Shown: positions 54,788 to 64,000 of the stretch, in pieces
Layout of the letters: every line of letters starts with the position of its first letter
Position numbering within the stretch: position 1 is the first letter of the stretch
From: an uncultured archaeon
GTDB lineage: Archaea; Thermoproteota; Nitrososphaeria; Nitrososphaerales; Gagatemarchaeaceae
Direction: 5' to 3'
Assembly: GCA_963817525.1 (NCBI GenBank)
Contig: CAWFOU010000001.1
Coordinates: forward strand, 224,001 to 288,000
DNA: 64,000 bases
Translations under genes and position numbers: made by a program
Notes under the pieces: model-generated
What the model saw: only the letters and a program-made list of their open reading frames with translations
Database searches by the model: none
Told to the model about the DNA's origin: nothing

Positions 54788-55951
54788 CTATCGCCTCATC
54801 GTGACCACGGTGCCGACCTGAAGCAAGTCCCCCCAGGCCTGGGCCAGCCCCCTGTTCACGTCCTTCTTCACCTGCCTCTTGCCGGCCTCGCCCCTCAGCT
54901 GCCAGAAGACCTCGCAGACCTTCATCAGGCCCGCAGCGGCGATGGGGTTCCCCACCCCGAGGAGCCCGCCCGACGGGTTGACTGGAAAGTCCCCGTCCCT
55001 CTGGGTCACCCCCTCTCTGGTCAACTTGGCCGCGCCGCCCCTTTCGGCGAGCAGGAGCCCCTCGAGGTGGTGCAGTTCCTTGTAGTCGAACGGGTCGTAC
55101 ACCTCGGCAAAGTCGAGCTCCTTCCGCGGGTCCTCTATCTTCGCCATCTTGTAGGCCATCCTCGCAGCGCTCTCGAGGTACTCGGGGTAGCACAGGTCCC
55201 TGTTGGTCCAGTACTGGGTGTCCACGTTCCAGCCGACGCCGTCGATCCAGACCGGGTCGTCGGTGTACTTCCTCGCGACCTCCTCCGATGCGAGCACCAT
55301 CGCGCATGCGCCGTCGGAAGGCGGCGAGACGTCAAGGCGCTTCACAGGAGAGACGATCCTCTCGCTCCTCATCACGTCGTCCACGGTGATCTTCGCCCCG
55401 AGCTGCGCGCAGGGGTGGTCGAGGGCGTTGAGCTTGTTCTTCACGGCGACTAGTGCGATGTCCTCCTCCTTGATCCCGTAGACGTGCATGTACCTCCGCA
55501 TCTCGAGGGCGAAGATCCAGAGGAGGGTCACCCCCAGCGGCCTCTCGAGCGTGTGGTCGAATATGCTCCAGAACGCGTACTGCGGGTGCGGGTGGAGCGG
55601 GGACATTTTCTCTTCCGCGACCACCATGCAGGTGTCGAACAGCCCCGAGGCCACGTGCCACCACCCGCCGATCGGGGAGAAGACCCCCGTCCCCCCGCCG
55701 ACGTAGACCCTGCTAGTGGGCGCACCTATCCCTCCCGCCCCCTCGATGAGGTACTCGCCCTTCATGTGCACCCCGTCGAAGGCGTCAGGGGCGCTGCCTA
55801 TCACCACTGACTCGACGTCCTTCCTCTCCATCCCCGCCTGCTCGAGGGCCATCGCGCTAGCCTCGTAGGAGAGCTCCCTCCCTGTCTCGAGGAGCCTCCT
55901 CCTGAAGAGCGTCATCCCCGCGCCGATGACCGCGACCCTCCGCGACGTCAT
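54788..55951 (-). CDS. thiolase-fold protein lacking catalytic Cys (Ltp3-like aldolase subunit)
   Basis: GSAPDAFDGV; RVYVGGGTG in place of the Cys motif; EVYDPF; NPSGGLLGVGNPIAAAG. Confidence 0.8.
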   Translation of the reverse strand: MTSRRVAVIGAGMTLFRRRLLETGRELSYEASAMALEQAGMERKDVESVVIGSAPDAFDGVHMKGEYLIEGAGGIGAPTSRVYVGGGTGVFSPIGGWWHVASGLFDTCMVVAEEKMSPLHPHPQYAFWSIFDHTLERPLGVTLLWIFALEMRRYMHVYGIKEEDIALVAVKNKLNALDHPCAQLGAKITVDDVMRSERIVSPVKRLDVSPPSDGACAMVLASEEVARKYTDDPVWIDGVGWNVDTQYWTNRDLCYPEYLESAARMAYKMAKIEDPRKELDFAEVYDPFDYKELHHLEGLLLAERGGAAKLTREGVTQRDGDFPVNPSGGLLGVGNPIAAAGLMKVCEVFWQLRGEAGKRQVKKDVNRGLAQAWGDLLQVGTVVTMRR

Positions 55952-57087
55952 GAGCCCACCGAGAGCAGCGCGACCCCACCCGTGGCCGTGGGGACGCCCC
56001 TCCAAGACTGGACGAGGGCCCTCCGGGCCCCCGGCACCTGCCTCTCTCCCGCCTCTCCCCTGAGCTGGAGGACCGCCTCGTAGAGCCTGTGGACCGCGCC
56101 GGCCTCGACGAGGTTGCCCACCGCCAGCGCCCCGCCCGACGGGTTCAGGGCCGGCCCAGCCCCTCCGAGGACGCCCAAGGCCTCCTCCCTGCCCCCGGCC
56201 AGCGACGCTACGTGCTGCAGGAGCTTGAACGAGTATGTGTCGTCGGCCTCGACGACGTCCACCGACCCGAGGCCACGCATGAGGCCCGCCTGCTTTGCCG
56301 CGCGCGCGAACGAGTCGCGCGCGTATCCCGCGAACGCAGCCTCGCCTCCGTCAAACCACGGGAGCGAGGAGCTCCACGCCACGCCGTCGACGCGCACCGA
56401 GTCCTTGCGGTTCTTCCTTGTCCAGGCCTCGGAAGCGAGGACCACCACCACTGCTGCGTCCGCATACCCTGCCTTGTCCGCCCTCCTGAGGGGCGAGGAG
56501 AGGACCTTGGAGCCGGGCGAGACGCCCCGCCTCCTCTTCGAGCCGAAGCTCGCGAGCGGGTTCGCCTTGCCCAGTCTCCTGGCGTTCTCGATGGCGACGT
56601 CGCAGTCGGCGAGGGCAAACCCCGAGGCCTCGAAGAACGCGCACATCTCCAGCGCGGCCAGGGTGTCGGCCCCCATCCCCAGCGGGCGCACTAAGGTGGG
56701 TTCCTGGGCGAGGCCCTCGACAGCCCCCTTGTCGAGCACCTCGGAGGCCTTGCTGTGCGCCTCTAGGACCACAACCTCGGCGACCCCCGACTCTATCTGC
56801 ATCACCGCGTTCCCGAGACCCGTGACCCCGTCCCCCGGAATGGTGCAGACGGGCCTGCCCGCTCCGCCCAGCTGGTCGGGGACCATCTCGTCTGTGATGC
56901 TCCAGCCCTCCCAGAGGTCCTCTCCCGTGGTGATGAAGGAGTCGACCTCCTTCCTCGGGTCGATCCCCGCGTCCGTGTACGCAAGGGCCGCTGCCTCGAA
57001 CATCAGCTCCCGCGTCGAGATCTCGGGGAGCTCCGGCCTGAACCCTACAGCGCCCACCCCGACGACACCGACCGCAGGCCTCCTCAT
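55948..57087 (-). CDS. thiolase-fold partner subunit (Ltp4-like)
   Basis: EDLWEG.SI.DE, SKAS, NPSGG.L, ARRALVQ. Divergent and probably non-catalytic. Confidence 0.75.
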   Translation of the reverse strand: MRRPAVGVVGVGAVGFRPELPEISTRELMFEAAALAYTDAGIDPRKEVDSFITTGEDLWEGWSITDEMVPDQLGGAGRPVCTIPGDGVTGLGNAVMQIESGVAEVVVLEAHSKASEVLDKGAVEGLAQEPTLVRPLGMGADTLAALEMCAFFEASGFALADCDVAIENARRLGKANPLASFGSKRRRGVSPGSKVLSSPLRRADKAGYADAAVVVVLASEAWTRKNRKDSVRVDGVAWSSSLPWFDGGEAAFAGYARDSFARAAKQAGLMRGLGSVDVVEADDTYSFKLLQHVASLAGGREEALGVLGGAGPALNPSGGALAVGNLVEAGAVHRLYEAVLQLRGEAGERQVPGARRALVQSWRGVPTATGGVALLSVGS

Positions 57088-57171
57088 CTGGCGCGCCGAA
57101 GGCCCCCTCGATAGATAAGTTTGGCTCCGCAGGAGCAATTAATTTACCTGCGAATCCTATCCTCCGCTGTC

Positions 57172-57948
57172 ATGGAGGAGATCGAGAGCGAGCTCCGGGA
57201 CAAGTTCGGCCTCAACTCCTACGAGGCGCGCGGCTACCTCGCCCTGGTCGCCGCCCCTCTGAAGCCGAAGGACCTTGCGACCGCCGCGGACATCCCCTCG
57301 CCTCGGGTCTACGACACCCTCCACGCGCTGGAGATGAAAGGCTTCGTCCACCAGCGGGGGGAGACCTACGTCGCCGAGTCCCCGAGCGTCGCCCTCAAGA
57401 CCTACCTCCTGGGCCACCAGCGGTCCTTCGAGAAGGCGAAGGAGGCCAAGGAGGCCTCGATGCAGCGGATAGTGGAGCTCCTGCAGCCCGTCGTGGCCTC
57501 CAAGGACGAGCTCTCACAGGAGCCGGTCCTGCTCAGGGGTATAGACGCGATAGCCGGGAGGTTCTTCGAGATCCTGAGCACCTCGAGCGACATTACGCTC
57601 ATGGTAAGGAAGGCCCTCAAGGTCAAGGGCGTCTTCAGCGAGTACCTGGAGGCGTTCCCGCTCTCCGGGAAGAGGATACGCCTCCTCCTCCCGTCGAAGC
57701 CGCCCATCAACGAGCGCGACGCCAGGCTCCTCTCGCGCCTGAAGATAGCGACGCGCTACTACGACCACCCCGTCCTCGATATGATGGTCGCCGACGAGCT
57801 GGACGTCGTGCTCGGCGTCCCCGAGAGGAGCAACGACGAGCCGTTCAGCGCCGTGGCCCTGTGGGTGAGGAACCCCTCTTTCGCGAGGTCCACCCGCGCG
57901 GCGATCGACGAGATATGGGAAGAGAGCTCGAAGAAGGGGCGGGGCTAG
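57172..57948 (+). CDS. TrmB-family transcriptional regulator
   Basis: FGLNSYEARGYLAL...IPSPRVYDTL..LE.KGFV. Divergent from the thiolase operon. Confidence 0.9.
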   Translation: MEEIESELRDKFGLNSYEARGYLALVAAPLKPKDLATAADIPSPRVYDTLHALEMKGFVHQRGETYVAESPSVALKTYLLGHQRSFEKAKEAKEASMQRIVELLQPVVASKDELSQEPVLLRGIDAIAGRFFEILSTSSDITLMVRKALKVKGVFSEYLEAFPLSGKRIRLLLPSKPPINERDARLLSRLKIATRYYDHPVLDMMVADELDVVLGVPERSNDEPFSAVALWVRNPSFARSTRAAIDEIWEESSKKGRG

Positions 57949-58634
57949 GCACGTCGCCAAGACCCAAGGCGAGGCCGGCCTCGCTGGCCAAGAAGGAGGC
58001 CTTCAAGGCAGGTTACGCCCACATCCGGGAGCGCGACCCGAAGCTGAAGCCCCTCCTCGAGGCCAGAGGCGTGCTGGAGTTCAAGCCCGAGGGGGAGCCC
58101 TTCGAGTCGCTGGTGGAGTCGATCCTCTCACAGCAGCTCGCCGGCTCGGCAGCGTCCGCGATAATCAAGAAGGTGAGGGCTCTCTTCCCCCGAGGCGAGC
58201 TCGACGCGAAGAGGATGCACCGCATCGACCCCAAGAAGCTCCGGGCGGCCGGGGTCTCGCCGCAGAAGCTGTCGTACCTCAAGGACCTGTCCGCGCGCGT
58301 GGTGAAGGGGACGCTCGACCTCGAGTCTCTGGAGACGATGACGGACGAGGAGATCATCGAGGTGCTCGACGCGGTCAAGGGCATAGGGCCCTGGACTGTC
58401 CACATGTTCCTCATCTTCACGCTCGGGCGTCCGGACGTCCTCCCGGTCGGAGACTATGGGATCCAGACGAGCGTCCAAAGCGTCTACGGCCTCGCAGAGC
58501 TCCCAAAGAAGGCAGACATAGAGAGGCTCGCGGAGATGTGGCGCCCCTACTCCACCGTGGCCTCGCTGTATCTGTGGCACGCGAAGGACCGTCCCGACGC
58601 CAGCTCGGCCGAGACCGTAACGAAAGATAAATGA
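57915..58634 (+). CDS. alkA: DNA-3-methyladenine glycosylase II (AlkA-like)
   Basis: Motifs ESILSQQL, GVSPQK, KGIGPWT..MFLIF.LGRPDVLP.GD and WRPY. Start uncertain. Confidence 0.9.
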   Translation: MGRELEEGAGLGTSPRPKARPASLAKKEAFKAGYAHIRERDPKLKPLLEARGVLEFKPEGEPFESLVESILSQQLAGSAASAIIKKVRALFPRGELDAKRMHRIDPKKLRAAGVSPQKLSYLKDLSARVVKGTLDLESLETMTDEEIIEVLDAVKGIGPWTVHMFLIFTLGRPDVLPVGDYGIQTSVQSVYGLAELPKKADIERLAEMWRPYSTVASLYLWHAKDRPDASSAETVTKDK

Positions 58635-58659
58635 GCGCCCCGCTTTCCCCGCTCCAATC

Positions 58660-59835
58660 TTGAAGCCCTTCTCGCCGGAGCACGAGCGCCTGCTGGTCTC
58701 CCTCTACGGGGCCGAGGCCGCCGAGGGCCACGCCGCCCTCCTGAGGAGCCTCTCCGTCGCGCTCGAGCAGAAGGTCGTCCCGCTCTCGCTCCCCATCGAC
58801 CAAGGGAAGGAGGAAGTCCGCAAGGCGCGGAAGGTCATGTTCGACCAAGGTCTGTGTAAGCTCCCGCACGGGGGTGAATCGGGCGGCCTCGGGGCCCCCT
58901 TCGGCGTCTTCGCGATGGCGATGGAGCTCGCGGGGGCGGCCGACTCCAGCACGGCGATGAGCCTGGGTATACACAACACGGTAGCTGAGGCGCTGGAGAG
59001 GTTCGGCTCGCCCGCGCAGAAGAAGCGCCTCCTTCCCGCGCTCCTCTCAGGGAAGAAGCTCGCGGCCTTCGCCCTGACCGAGCCGTCGTCGGGGTCAGAC
59101 GCGCGCGCGATGAAGACGACGGCCCTCAAAGGGCCTAGTCATTATGTCATCGACGGCTCGAAGGTGTTCATCACCAACGCCAGCGAGGCCGACGTATTCC
59201 TGGTCTTCGCCTCGATGGGGAGCGGGCACGGCGCGTTCCTCGTGGAGGCAGGCACGAAGGGGCTGAAGGTCGGGCAGGAGCTGAACGAGAAGCTGGGGAT
59301 GAGGGGCTCGCACACCGCGGAGGTGAGGCTCCTCACCTGCAGGGTCGACGACGACGCCCTCGTGGGGCAGGAGGGGGCGGGCTTCGACCAGGCGAAGCAG
59401 CTCCTGGACTCCAGCCGGATAGTCATGGGGATGATCTGCGTCGGGATAGCGCGGGCAGCCCACGGCAAGGCGCTTGCGTACTCCAAGCGGAGGGAGCTCT
59501 TCGGGAAGAAGCTCTCCGAAATGCAGCTGACCAGGGAAAAGCTCGCCAACGCCGCCATCGAGATCAACGCAGCGCGCCTGCTGTGCATGCACGCCGCTAG
59601 GCTCAAGGAGGCGGGAGAGCCCTACTCGTCAGAGGCCGCCCAGGCGAAGGTGCTCGCGACCGAGATGGCCGTGAGGACCTGTGACGGCGCCATCCAGCTC
59701 CTCGGGGGCTACGGGTACACCAGCGACGACATCCACAGGCACCTAAGGGACGCGAGGCTCCTCACCATCGGCGAGGGCGCCTCCGAGGTCCTGCGTATGC
59801 TCATCGCCTCGCACGAGCTTGAGCGGGAACCATGA
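58660..59835 (+). CDS. acyl-CoA dehydrogenase
   Basis: Motifs FALTEPSSGSDA, GSKVFITN, KLGMRGS, R..FGK, IQLLGGYGY and IGEGASE. Confidence 0.95.
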   Translation: MKPFSPEHERLLVSLYGAEAAEGHAALLRSLSVALEQKVVPLSLPIDQGKEEVRKARKVMFDQGLCKLPHGGESGGLGAPFGVFAMAMELAGAADSSTAMSLGIHNTVAEALERFGSPAQKKRLLPALLSGKKLAAFALTEPSSGSDARAMKTTALKGPSHYVIDGSKVFITNASEADVFLVFASMGSGHGAFLVEAGTKGLKVGQELNEKLGMRGSHTAEVRLLTCRVDDDALVGQEGAGFDQAKQLLDSSRIVMGMICVGIARAAHGKALAYSKRRELFGKKLSEMQLTREKLANAAIEINAARLLCMHAARLKEAGEPYSSEAAQAKVLATEMAVRTCDGAIQLLGGYGYTSDDIHRHLRDARLLTIGEGASEVLRMLIASHELEREP

Positions 59836-60599
59836 ACGTCGTAGTCCTCGTAAAGAGCGCCGTCGACGAGGCGGAGCTGCGAGCAGACGCCTCGGGACAT
59901 CCGGTCCTCAGGGGCGCAGCGACCAAGATGAGCAACTTCGACGCGATCGGGGTCGAGGAGGCGATGAAGCAGAAGGAGAAGAACGGGGGCACAATCACGG
60001 TGCTCTCGCTCGGTGGCGCGGAGGCGACGAAGGCGATCAGGGAAGCCCTTGCTATGGGAGGGATCAAGGCGGTGCACGTCCTCGTCGAGCCCTCCGAAGC
60101 GCCCGACTCCGTCGCCACCGCGTATTGCCTCGCCGAGGCGATCAGGAGGGTCGGGAGCGTGGACCTGGTGATCTGCTCCGAGGGGGCCTCCGACACCTAT
60201 CAGGGTGAGGTCGGCGCCATGGTCGCCGAGTTCCTGGACTTGCCGTTCATGGGATACGCCAGGAAGGTCGAGACTGGCGATGGCAAGGTCAGGTGCGAGC
60301 AGTTGCTCAAGGGTTCGGTAAGGGTCCTGCAAGCCGACCTCCCAGCGGTGGTCTCCATGGTGAGCGGGGGTAACGTACCGCGATACCCGACCCTGCTTCA
60401 GGTGATGGTCGCGGGGAGGAAGCCCATCGAGCAGATATCCTTCGCCTCTCTGAAGGGGCCGGACTTTCCCGACACCGGGACAGAGGTCGTCGGCGTCGCC
60501 CTCCAGGCGTCGAACAGAAAGCGGGTGCTCTTCGACGGCACCCCAGAGGAGTCAGCGAGGAAGCTCGTGGAGGCGCTGAAGGAGGAGGGAGTCCTTTGA
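59832..60599 (+). CDS. etfB: electron transfer flavoprotein beta subunit
   Basis: Motifs FDAIGVEEA, REALAMG, ASD...GEVG and PRYPTL. Confidence 0.92.
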   Translation: MNVVVLVKSAVDEAELRADASGHPVLRGAATKMSNFDAIGVEEAMKQKEKNGGTITVLSLGGAEATKAIREALAMGGIKAVHVLVEPSEAPDSVATAYCLAEAIRRVGSVDLVICSEGASDTYQGEVGAMVAEFLDLPFMGYARKVETGDGKVRCEQLLKGSVRVLQADLPAVVSMVSGGNVPRYPTLLQVMVAGRKPIEQISFASLKGPDFPDTGTEVVGVALQASNRKRVLFDGTPEESARKLVEALKEEGVL

Positions 60600-61528
60600 C
60601 CGGCGACGTCCTCACCTACTCCGAAAGTCCCGACCTAGCCGGGGAGGTTGCAGCTGCCGGAGCCGAGCTGGCTGGAAAACTCGGCGTGGAGGCGGTGGCG
60701 CTCGAGCTCGACGACGTGAGCCCTGGGCTGCGGACCGCTAACCAAATCGTCGTCCTCAAGGGGGAGAGGAAGTTCGAGGACATCGCCGATTCGGCCTCCG
60801 CCGCCATCTTGGAATATTCGAAGGGGAACCCATTCGCAGCGCTCCTCGTTGCCGAGACCAGGTTCGGGACGATGGTCGCCGCCAAGGTGGCGGCCCGCCT
60901 CAAGGTGGGCTCGCTAGGGAAGGGCAGGAGACTCCGTCCCGAGCAGGGCCGGCTGGTGCTGGAAAGGGACGTCTACGGAGGGAGGTTCTCGGCCACGGTC
61001 GCCTCAAGGATGCCCTGCGTCGCCTTGGTGCAGGCTGGGGCGTACAAGCCGGTGGACTTTTCTCCCGCCCCGGCCAAGACCTTCAACCTTGCCGTCGGGG
61101 CGCCGAAGGTCTCCGCTTCGGAGGCGCACGAGGGCCAAGAAGGGGCGGCCGGGATAAAGTCGGCATCGAGGATAGTCTCCGCCGGCAGGGGATTCGCGAG
61201 AAAGGAAGACTTGGCCTTGGCGCAAGGGCTCGCCGACGCGCTGGGGGCGGCGCTGGGGGGCTCGCGGCCGATGTCATCAGAATTGGGGTGGCTCGGGGAA
61301 GAATCCCAGATCGGGCTAACGGGGGCCTACGTCCGCCCGAACCTCTACGTCGCGGTGGGGATATCGGGCCAGCTCCAGCACGTCGCCGGCATCAAGGAGT
61401 CGAAGGTCATCGTCGCGATCAACAAAGACGCGCAAGCCCCTATCTTCCAGGTCGCCGACTATGGCATAGTGGGAGACCTCTACACGGTAGTGCCCGCGCT
61501 GACCAAGCTTCTCAAGAGCCTTGCATGA
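60596..61528 (+). CDS. etfA: electron transfer flavoprotein alpha subunit
   Basis: Motifs [25 protein letters not shown] and [17 protein letters not shown]. Confidence 0.95.
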   Translation: MTGDVLTYSESPDLAGEVAAAGAELAGKLGVEAVALELDDVSPGLRTANQIVVLKGERKFEDIADSASAAILEYSKGNPFAALLVAETRFGTMVAAKVAARLKVGSLGKGRRLRPEQGRLVLERDVYGGRFSATVASRMPCVALVQAGAYKPVDFSPAPAKTFNLAVGAPKVSASEAHEGQEGAAGIKSASRIVSAGRGFARKEDLALAQGLADALGAALGGSRPMSSELGWLGEESQIGLTGAYVRPNLYVAVGISGQLQHVAGIKESKVIVAINKDAQAPIFQVADYGIVGDLYTVVPALTKLLKSLA

Positions 61529-61535
61529 GTCAGCC

Positions 61536-61988
61536 ATGGCCCAGAGCATCACCAGGACGGTGGAGATCAGCGCTCCGCCTCCCCTCGTCTTCAAGGCCCT
61601 GACCAGCCCCGAGGAGATCGCAGTGTGGATGGCGGGGGAAGTTGAGTTCGACGCGCGAGTCGGCGGAGAGTACGTCCTCAGTTTCCATCTGGCCGAGAAA
61701 GGGATTGACGCCGTCGCCACGGGCAGGGTCGTCGAGCTCGTCCCGGACCAGCGGCTGTCCTACACCTTCGACTCCACCAAGTTCGGCGCCGACCCTAGCC
61801 CTGTGGACTCGGTCGTCAAGTGGACGCTGGAGGAACTCCCAGGAGCTAACACGCGCGTCACTCTCGTCCACAAAGGGACGACCAAGGAGTTGAATAAAGA
61901 CATGGACGCCGCCTGGGGGACCTTCGTCTCCCAGCTCTCGGCCCACTGCAAGGGCGCCGTCGCAAGAAGGGCCCGCGACTTGATGTAG
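61536..61988 (+). CDS. SRPBCC/AHSA1-like ligand-binding protein
   Basis: I.APP..VFKALT.PE....W; DARVGG.Y; TRVTLVH. Confidence 0.88.
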   Translation: MAQSITRTVEISAPPPLVFKALTSPEEIAVWMAGEVEFDARVGGEYVLSFHLAEKGIDAVATGRVVELVPDQRLSYTFDSTKFGADPSPVDSVVKWTLEELPGANTRVTLVHKGTTKELNKDMDAAWGTFVSQLSAHCKGAVARRARDLM

Positions 61989-62013
61989 CGGCGCAGCCTC
62001 AGGCCCATCTGTG

Positions 62014-62122
62014 GCCGCCCCTCCCGGGTTCCTCATCACGTGCGCCCAGGACTCCTGAAAGTCCAGAATCTTTCCGGGCCTCAGACGGATGTAGCGGCGG
62101 TGGCCTCCAGCCGCCCCGCCTG
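62014..62122 (+). repeat. about 110-bp direct repeat, copy 1
   Basis: Near-identical to 63090-63199 (core ATCACGTGCGCC.AGGACTCCTGAAAGTCCAGAATCTTTCCGGGCCTCAGAC.GATGTAGCGGCGGTGGCCTCCAGCC). Confidence 0.9.
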
Positions 62123-62269
62123 GCGTGCCGTTGTTCGGGTATCATGTAGGCACGTAGGTACGAGCGGTTAGGAGCTGGATCGAGTATTCGCGTTGACGGC
62201 TACGGACAAGAAGACCTGACCGTGGCGGTGTTCGTGAACTCGACGCTTGCCGGTAGGTGTCCGTCTTGC

Positions 62270-62865
62270 TCAAGGGCGAGAACTTGCCCGAGACGTGACG
62301 GTCGGAAACCCTTCGGCTATCGCCATCGTCGCGAAAGACCCGAACTTCTCCAGCAGGAGGGTCGTAGGCCCGTCCTTTACCTCTACCATCGACTCGTTCT
62401 CGATCTCCCACGTCTCTGGGATGCGGAAGTAGAGCATGCCGTCGCGAGGCAGTGGCAGCCCGCCTTCGCCACCCCGGACGCATCCAGCGCGCTGAGCTGC
62501 TTGCCGTCATACCAGACGCTGCACTTCTCCACGAACCTGTTGCCCCTGACCACGATCGCCCAGTTGCTGCGGAAAGGCATCGTCACCCGCTCCTTGATGA
62601 CCTGGAGATAGACCGCGGGGGCGAGCTTGTCCACGACCACAATCATGACCTGGTCGCCCACATCCACGACGTTATCGTCCCGAACCGGAGCGACTACGAA
62701 CTGCCGGCTCCCGTTAGCCTTTCGACCCCCGTCGACCACGAGGACGCCAATCTTCGATGACGTTATCCTCTCCTGTCCCGGCGTCTCCGTCCTTCCCTCC
62801 GCTTCCTGCGTTTCCGCTAGTCTCTGCTCTTCTGGTGTTTTATCAGTCTGGGTGACAATAGACAT
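62270..62865 (-). pseudogene. hypothetical protein gene with a frameshift near 62460
   Basis: ORF 62383..62865 continues plausibly in another frame (LPLPRDGMLYFRIPETWEIENESMVEVKDG...) to TGA at 62270. A TATA-like box lies about 25 nt upstream. Confidence 0.55.
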
Positions 62866-63089
62866 GATTGTAAGATAGCCGCGAGAGTATATTACACCCC
62901 GAGTAACATTTCAGGGTAAGGGTCCTAGGGCTCGAGATGTCTCGGAAATCCTTGGCTTCGAGCATGGAATGACGCAAGAACCTAGGGGGTTGTTCGTACT
63001 TCGATGGCCCTATTGCCGCCTCTCACTTGACCTCGCACAGACGCCCGGGCTTCACATCTTAGACAAACCCGCGGGTAGCGTCGTCGGTA

Positions 63090-63199
63090 GCCACTCCTCC
63101 CGCGTGCCTGATCACGTGCGCCTAGGACTCCTGAAAGTCCAGAATCTTTCCGGGCCTCAGACTGATGTAGCGGCGGTGGCCTCCAGCCCGCCCCGCCTG
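63090..63199 (+). repeat. about 110-bp direct repeat, copy 2
   Basis: Matches copy 1; overlaps the 3' end of the methyltransferase ORF. Confidence 0.9.
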
Positions 63200-63672
63200 A
63201 CCGCGGGGGCTAGATGGGAGCCGATCATGTACACGATGACCCTGTAGCTGCGACGGTGGTCCCTGAATGTGCAGAACTGCGTCGGATGCCATCCTGGGAT
63301 CCCGAAGTCGTGCGATACCACAGTTGTCCCTTCGGAGAGCTCCCTGAGGAGCTTCGCCTTCAGCCTCGCGTTCTCGCTGGCACTCTGGTAGAGGGTGACC
63401 ACGGTGGCCTCAGAGAGGTAAACGGCGTCGTAGTCCGCCTCGACTATGGACGCGTTCGCGAGACCCTTCGTCTTCCAGCGGGCCATGGAACATAGCTTCT
63501 TGCTCTTCTCGATCCCGACGGCCTTCCTCGCGTGGTAGTCCCGGGCCGCCGCGAACACTATGCCTCCGTCCCCGCACCCCAGATCGTAGACGACCGAGTC
63601 GGAGTTGACGCCGGCCATGTCCAGCATGTTCTTTATCGCAAATTCTGGCGAGGGGTAGAAGGGGGCGCCCAC
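63157..63672 (-). CDS. class I SAM methyltransferase (archaeal protein-lysine/Dot1-like type)
   Basis: PFYPSP....ML..A.....VVYDLGCGDG, ATVVTLY and VVSHDF.IPGW.P. Confidence 0.85.
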   Translation of the reverse strand: MGAPFYPSPEFAIKNMLDMAGVNSDSVVYDLGCGDGGIVFAAARDYHARKAVGIEKSKKLCSMARWKTKGLANASIVEADYDAVYLSEATVVTLYQSASENARLKAKLLRELSEGTTVVSHDFGIPGWHPTQFCTFRDHRRSYRVIVYMIGSHLAPAVRRGGLEATAATSV

Positions 63673-63906
63673 GATGCGCCGGGGGCCTGCGATAGGGATA
63701 AGGATGTCCGTCCTTCTCGGGCGCGCCCCGCCAAGGGCTGCTGGGACGAAGTGGGGGCTGTCAGGTGCCTGCGCGACGGGCGACTCTCTAGGTTTATCTA
63801 TCGACGCTGCACTCGAGCAAACTGAGAGGGGAGCGACCTCGCGAGACAGGAGCGGATGGTTCAGGACGGCGTTGCACCGTCGCCGCTCTCGTGAAGGCGA
63901 CCTCGC

Positions 63907-64000
63907 ATAAGCAATCCAGACGACGAAAAGTCCCCCTACGAGGCGCTGGGCCTCCCTCCGGATGCCACGATGGACCAGGTAAAGTCACGATACAGAGAAC
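63907..64000 (+). CDS. partial J-domain (DnaJ-like) protein, truncated by the window edge
   Basis: SPYEALGLPPDATMDQVKSRYRE matches J-domain helices I-II. No clean in-frame start (stop at 63892) and the HPD motif is not reached. Confidence 0.6.
   Translation, partial: MSNPDDEKSPYEALGLPPDATMDQVKSRYRE

Noticed and set aside
51826-57087. Mevalonate-pathway thiolase/HMG-CoA synthase/DUF35 complex
   Set aside because: No HMG-CoA synthase is adjacent, and the thiolase-fold proteins lack the canonical catalytic Cys motif.
4261-60332. Many long antisense or overlapping ORFs (e.g. 4261..5139, 6863..8005, 37486..38595, 44062..45360, 50131..51153, 54509..55453)
   Set aside because: Shadow ORFs of GC-rich genes, Arg/Gly/Pro-rich and without motifs, lying opposite well-supported CDSs.
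63120-63195. IS607 resolvase remnant (minus-strand GGHRRY peptide)
   Set aside because: Only a short match; the flanking residues show no MerR-HTH or serine recombinase motifs.
62014-63199. Hammerhead ribozyme, C/D-box sRNA or CRISPR repeats in the direct repeat
   Set aside because: CTGATGT is not CTGANGA or RTGATGA and the required stems are not evident. Two 110-bp copies 1 kb apart do not form an array.

Overview
GC-rich archaeal chromosomal segment. RadA, ribosomal L13e, DUF373+UppS, BHB-intron tRNA, TATA-type promoters and many TTG/GTG starts point to the TACK group, most plausibly a non-ammonia-oxidising, heterotrophic Nitrososphaerota/Thaumarchaeota (taxonomy is inference). Housekeeping blocks hold sod, ogg, rpl13e, tRNA-Tyr, cyoE/ctaA, radA, ino1, pyrF and uppS. 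There is a frameshifted TnpB element at about 1.9-3.15 kb. An accessory envelope island at about 10-34 kb, with a satellite at 42.8-46 kb, is centred on a secreted, membrane-anchored PQQ-type dehydrogenase carrying an E/N/D-x-D metal-ligand set. Around it lie an orphan NosF/NosY-like ABC system, three paralogous sugar-type ABC permease pairs, two MalK-type ATPases, two solute-binding proteins and four cupredoxin-fold proteins with non-canonical ligand loops. An acyl-CoA catabolic cluster at 48-61.5 kb includes an Ltp3/Ltp4/DUF35-like aldolase module. Other highlights are a tRNA-Tyr with three BHB introns and C at position 54, a eukaryote-like ribosomal eL22 homologue, and about 110-bp direct repeats near the right end. 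All calls come from reading motifs by eye; no database searches were run.
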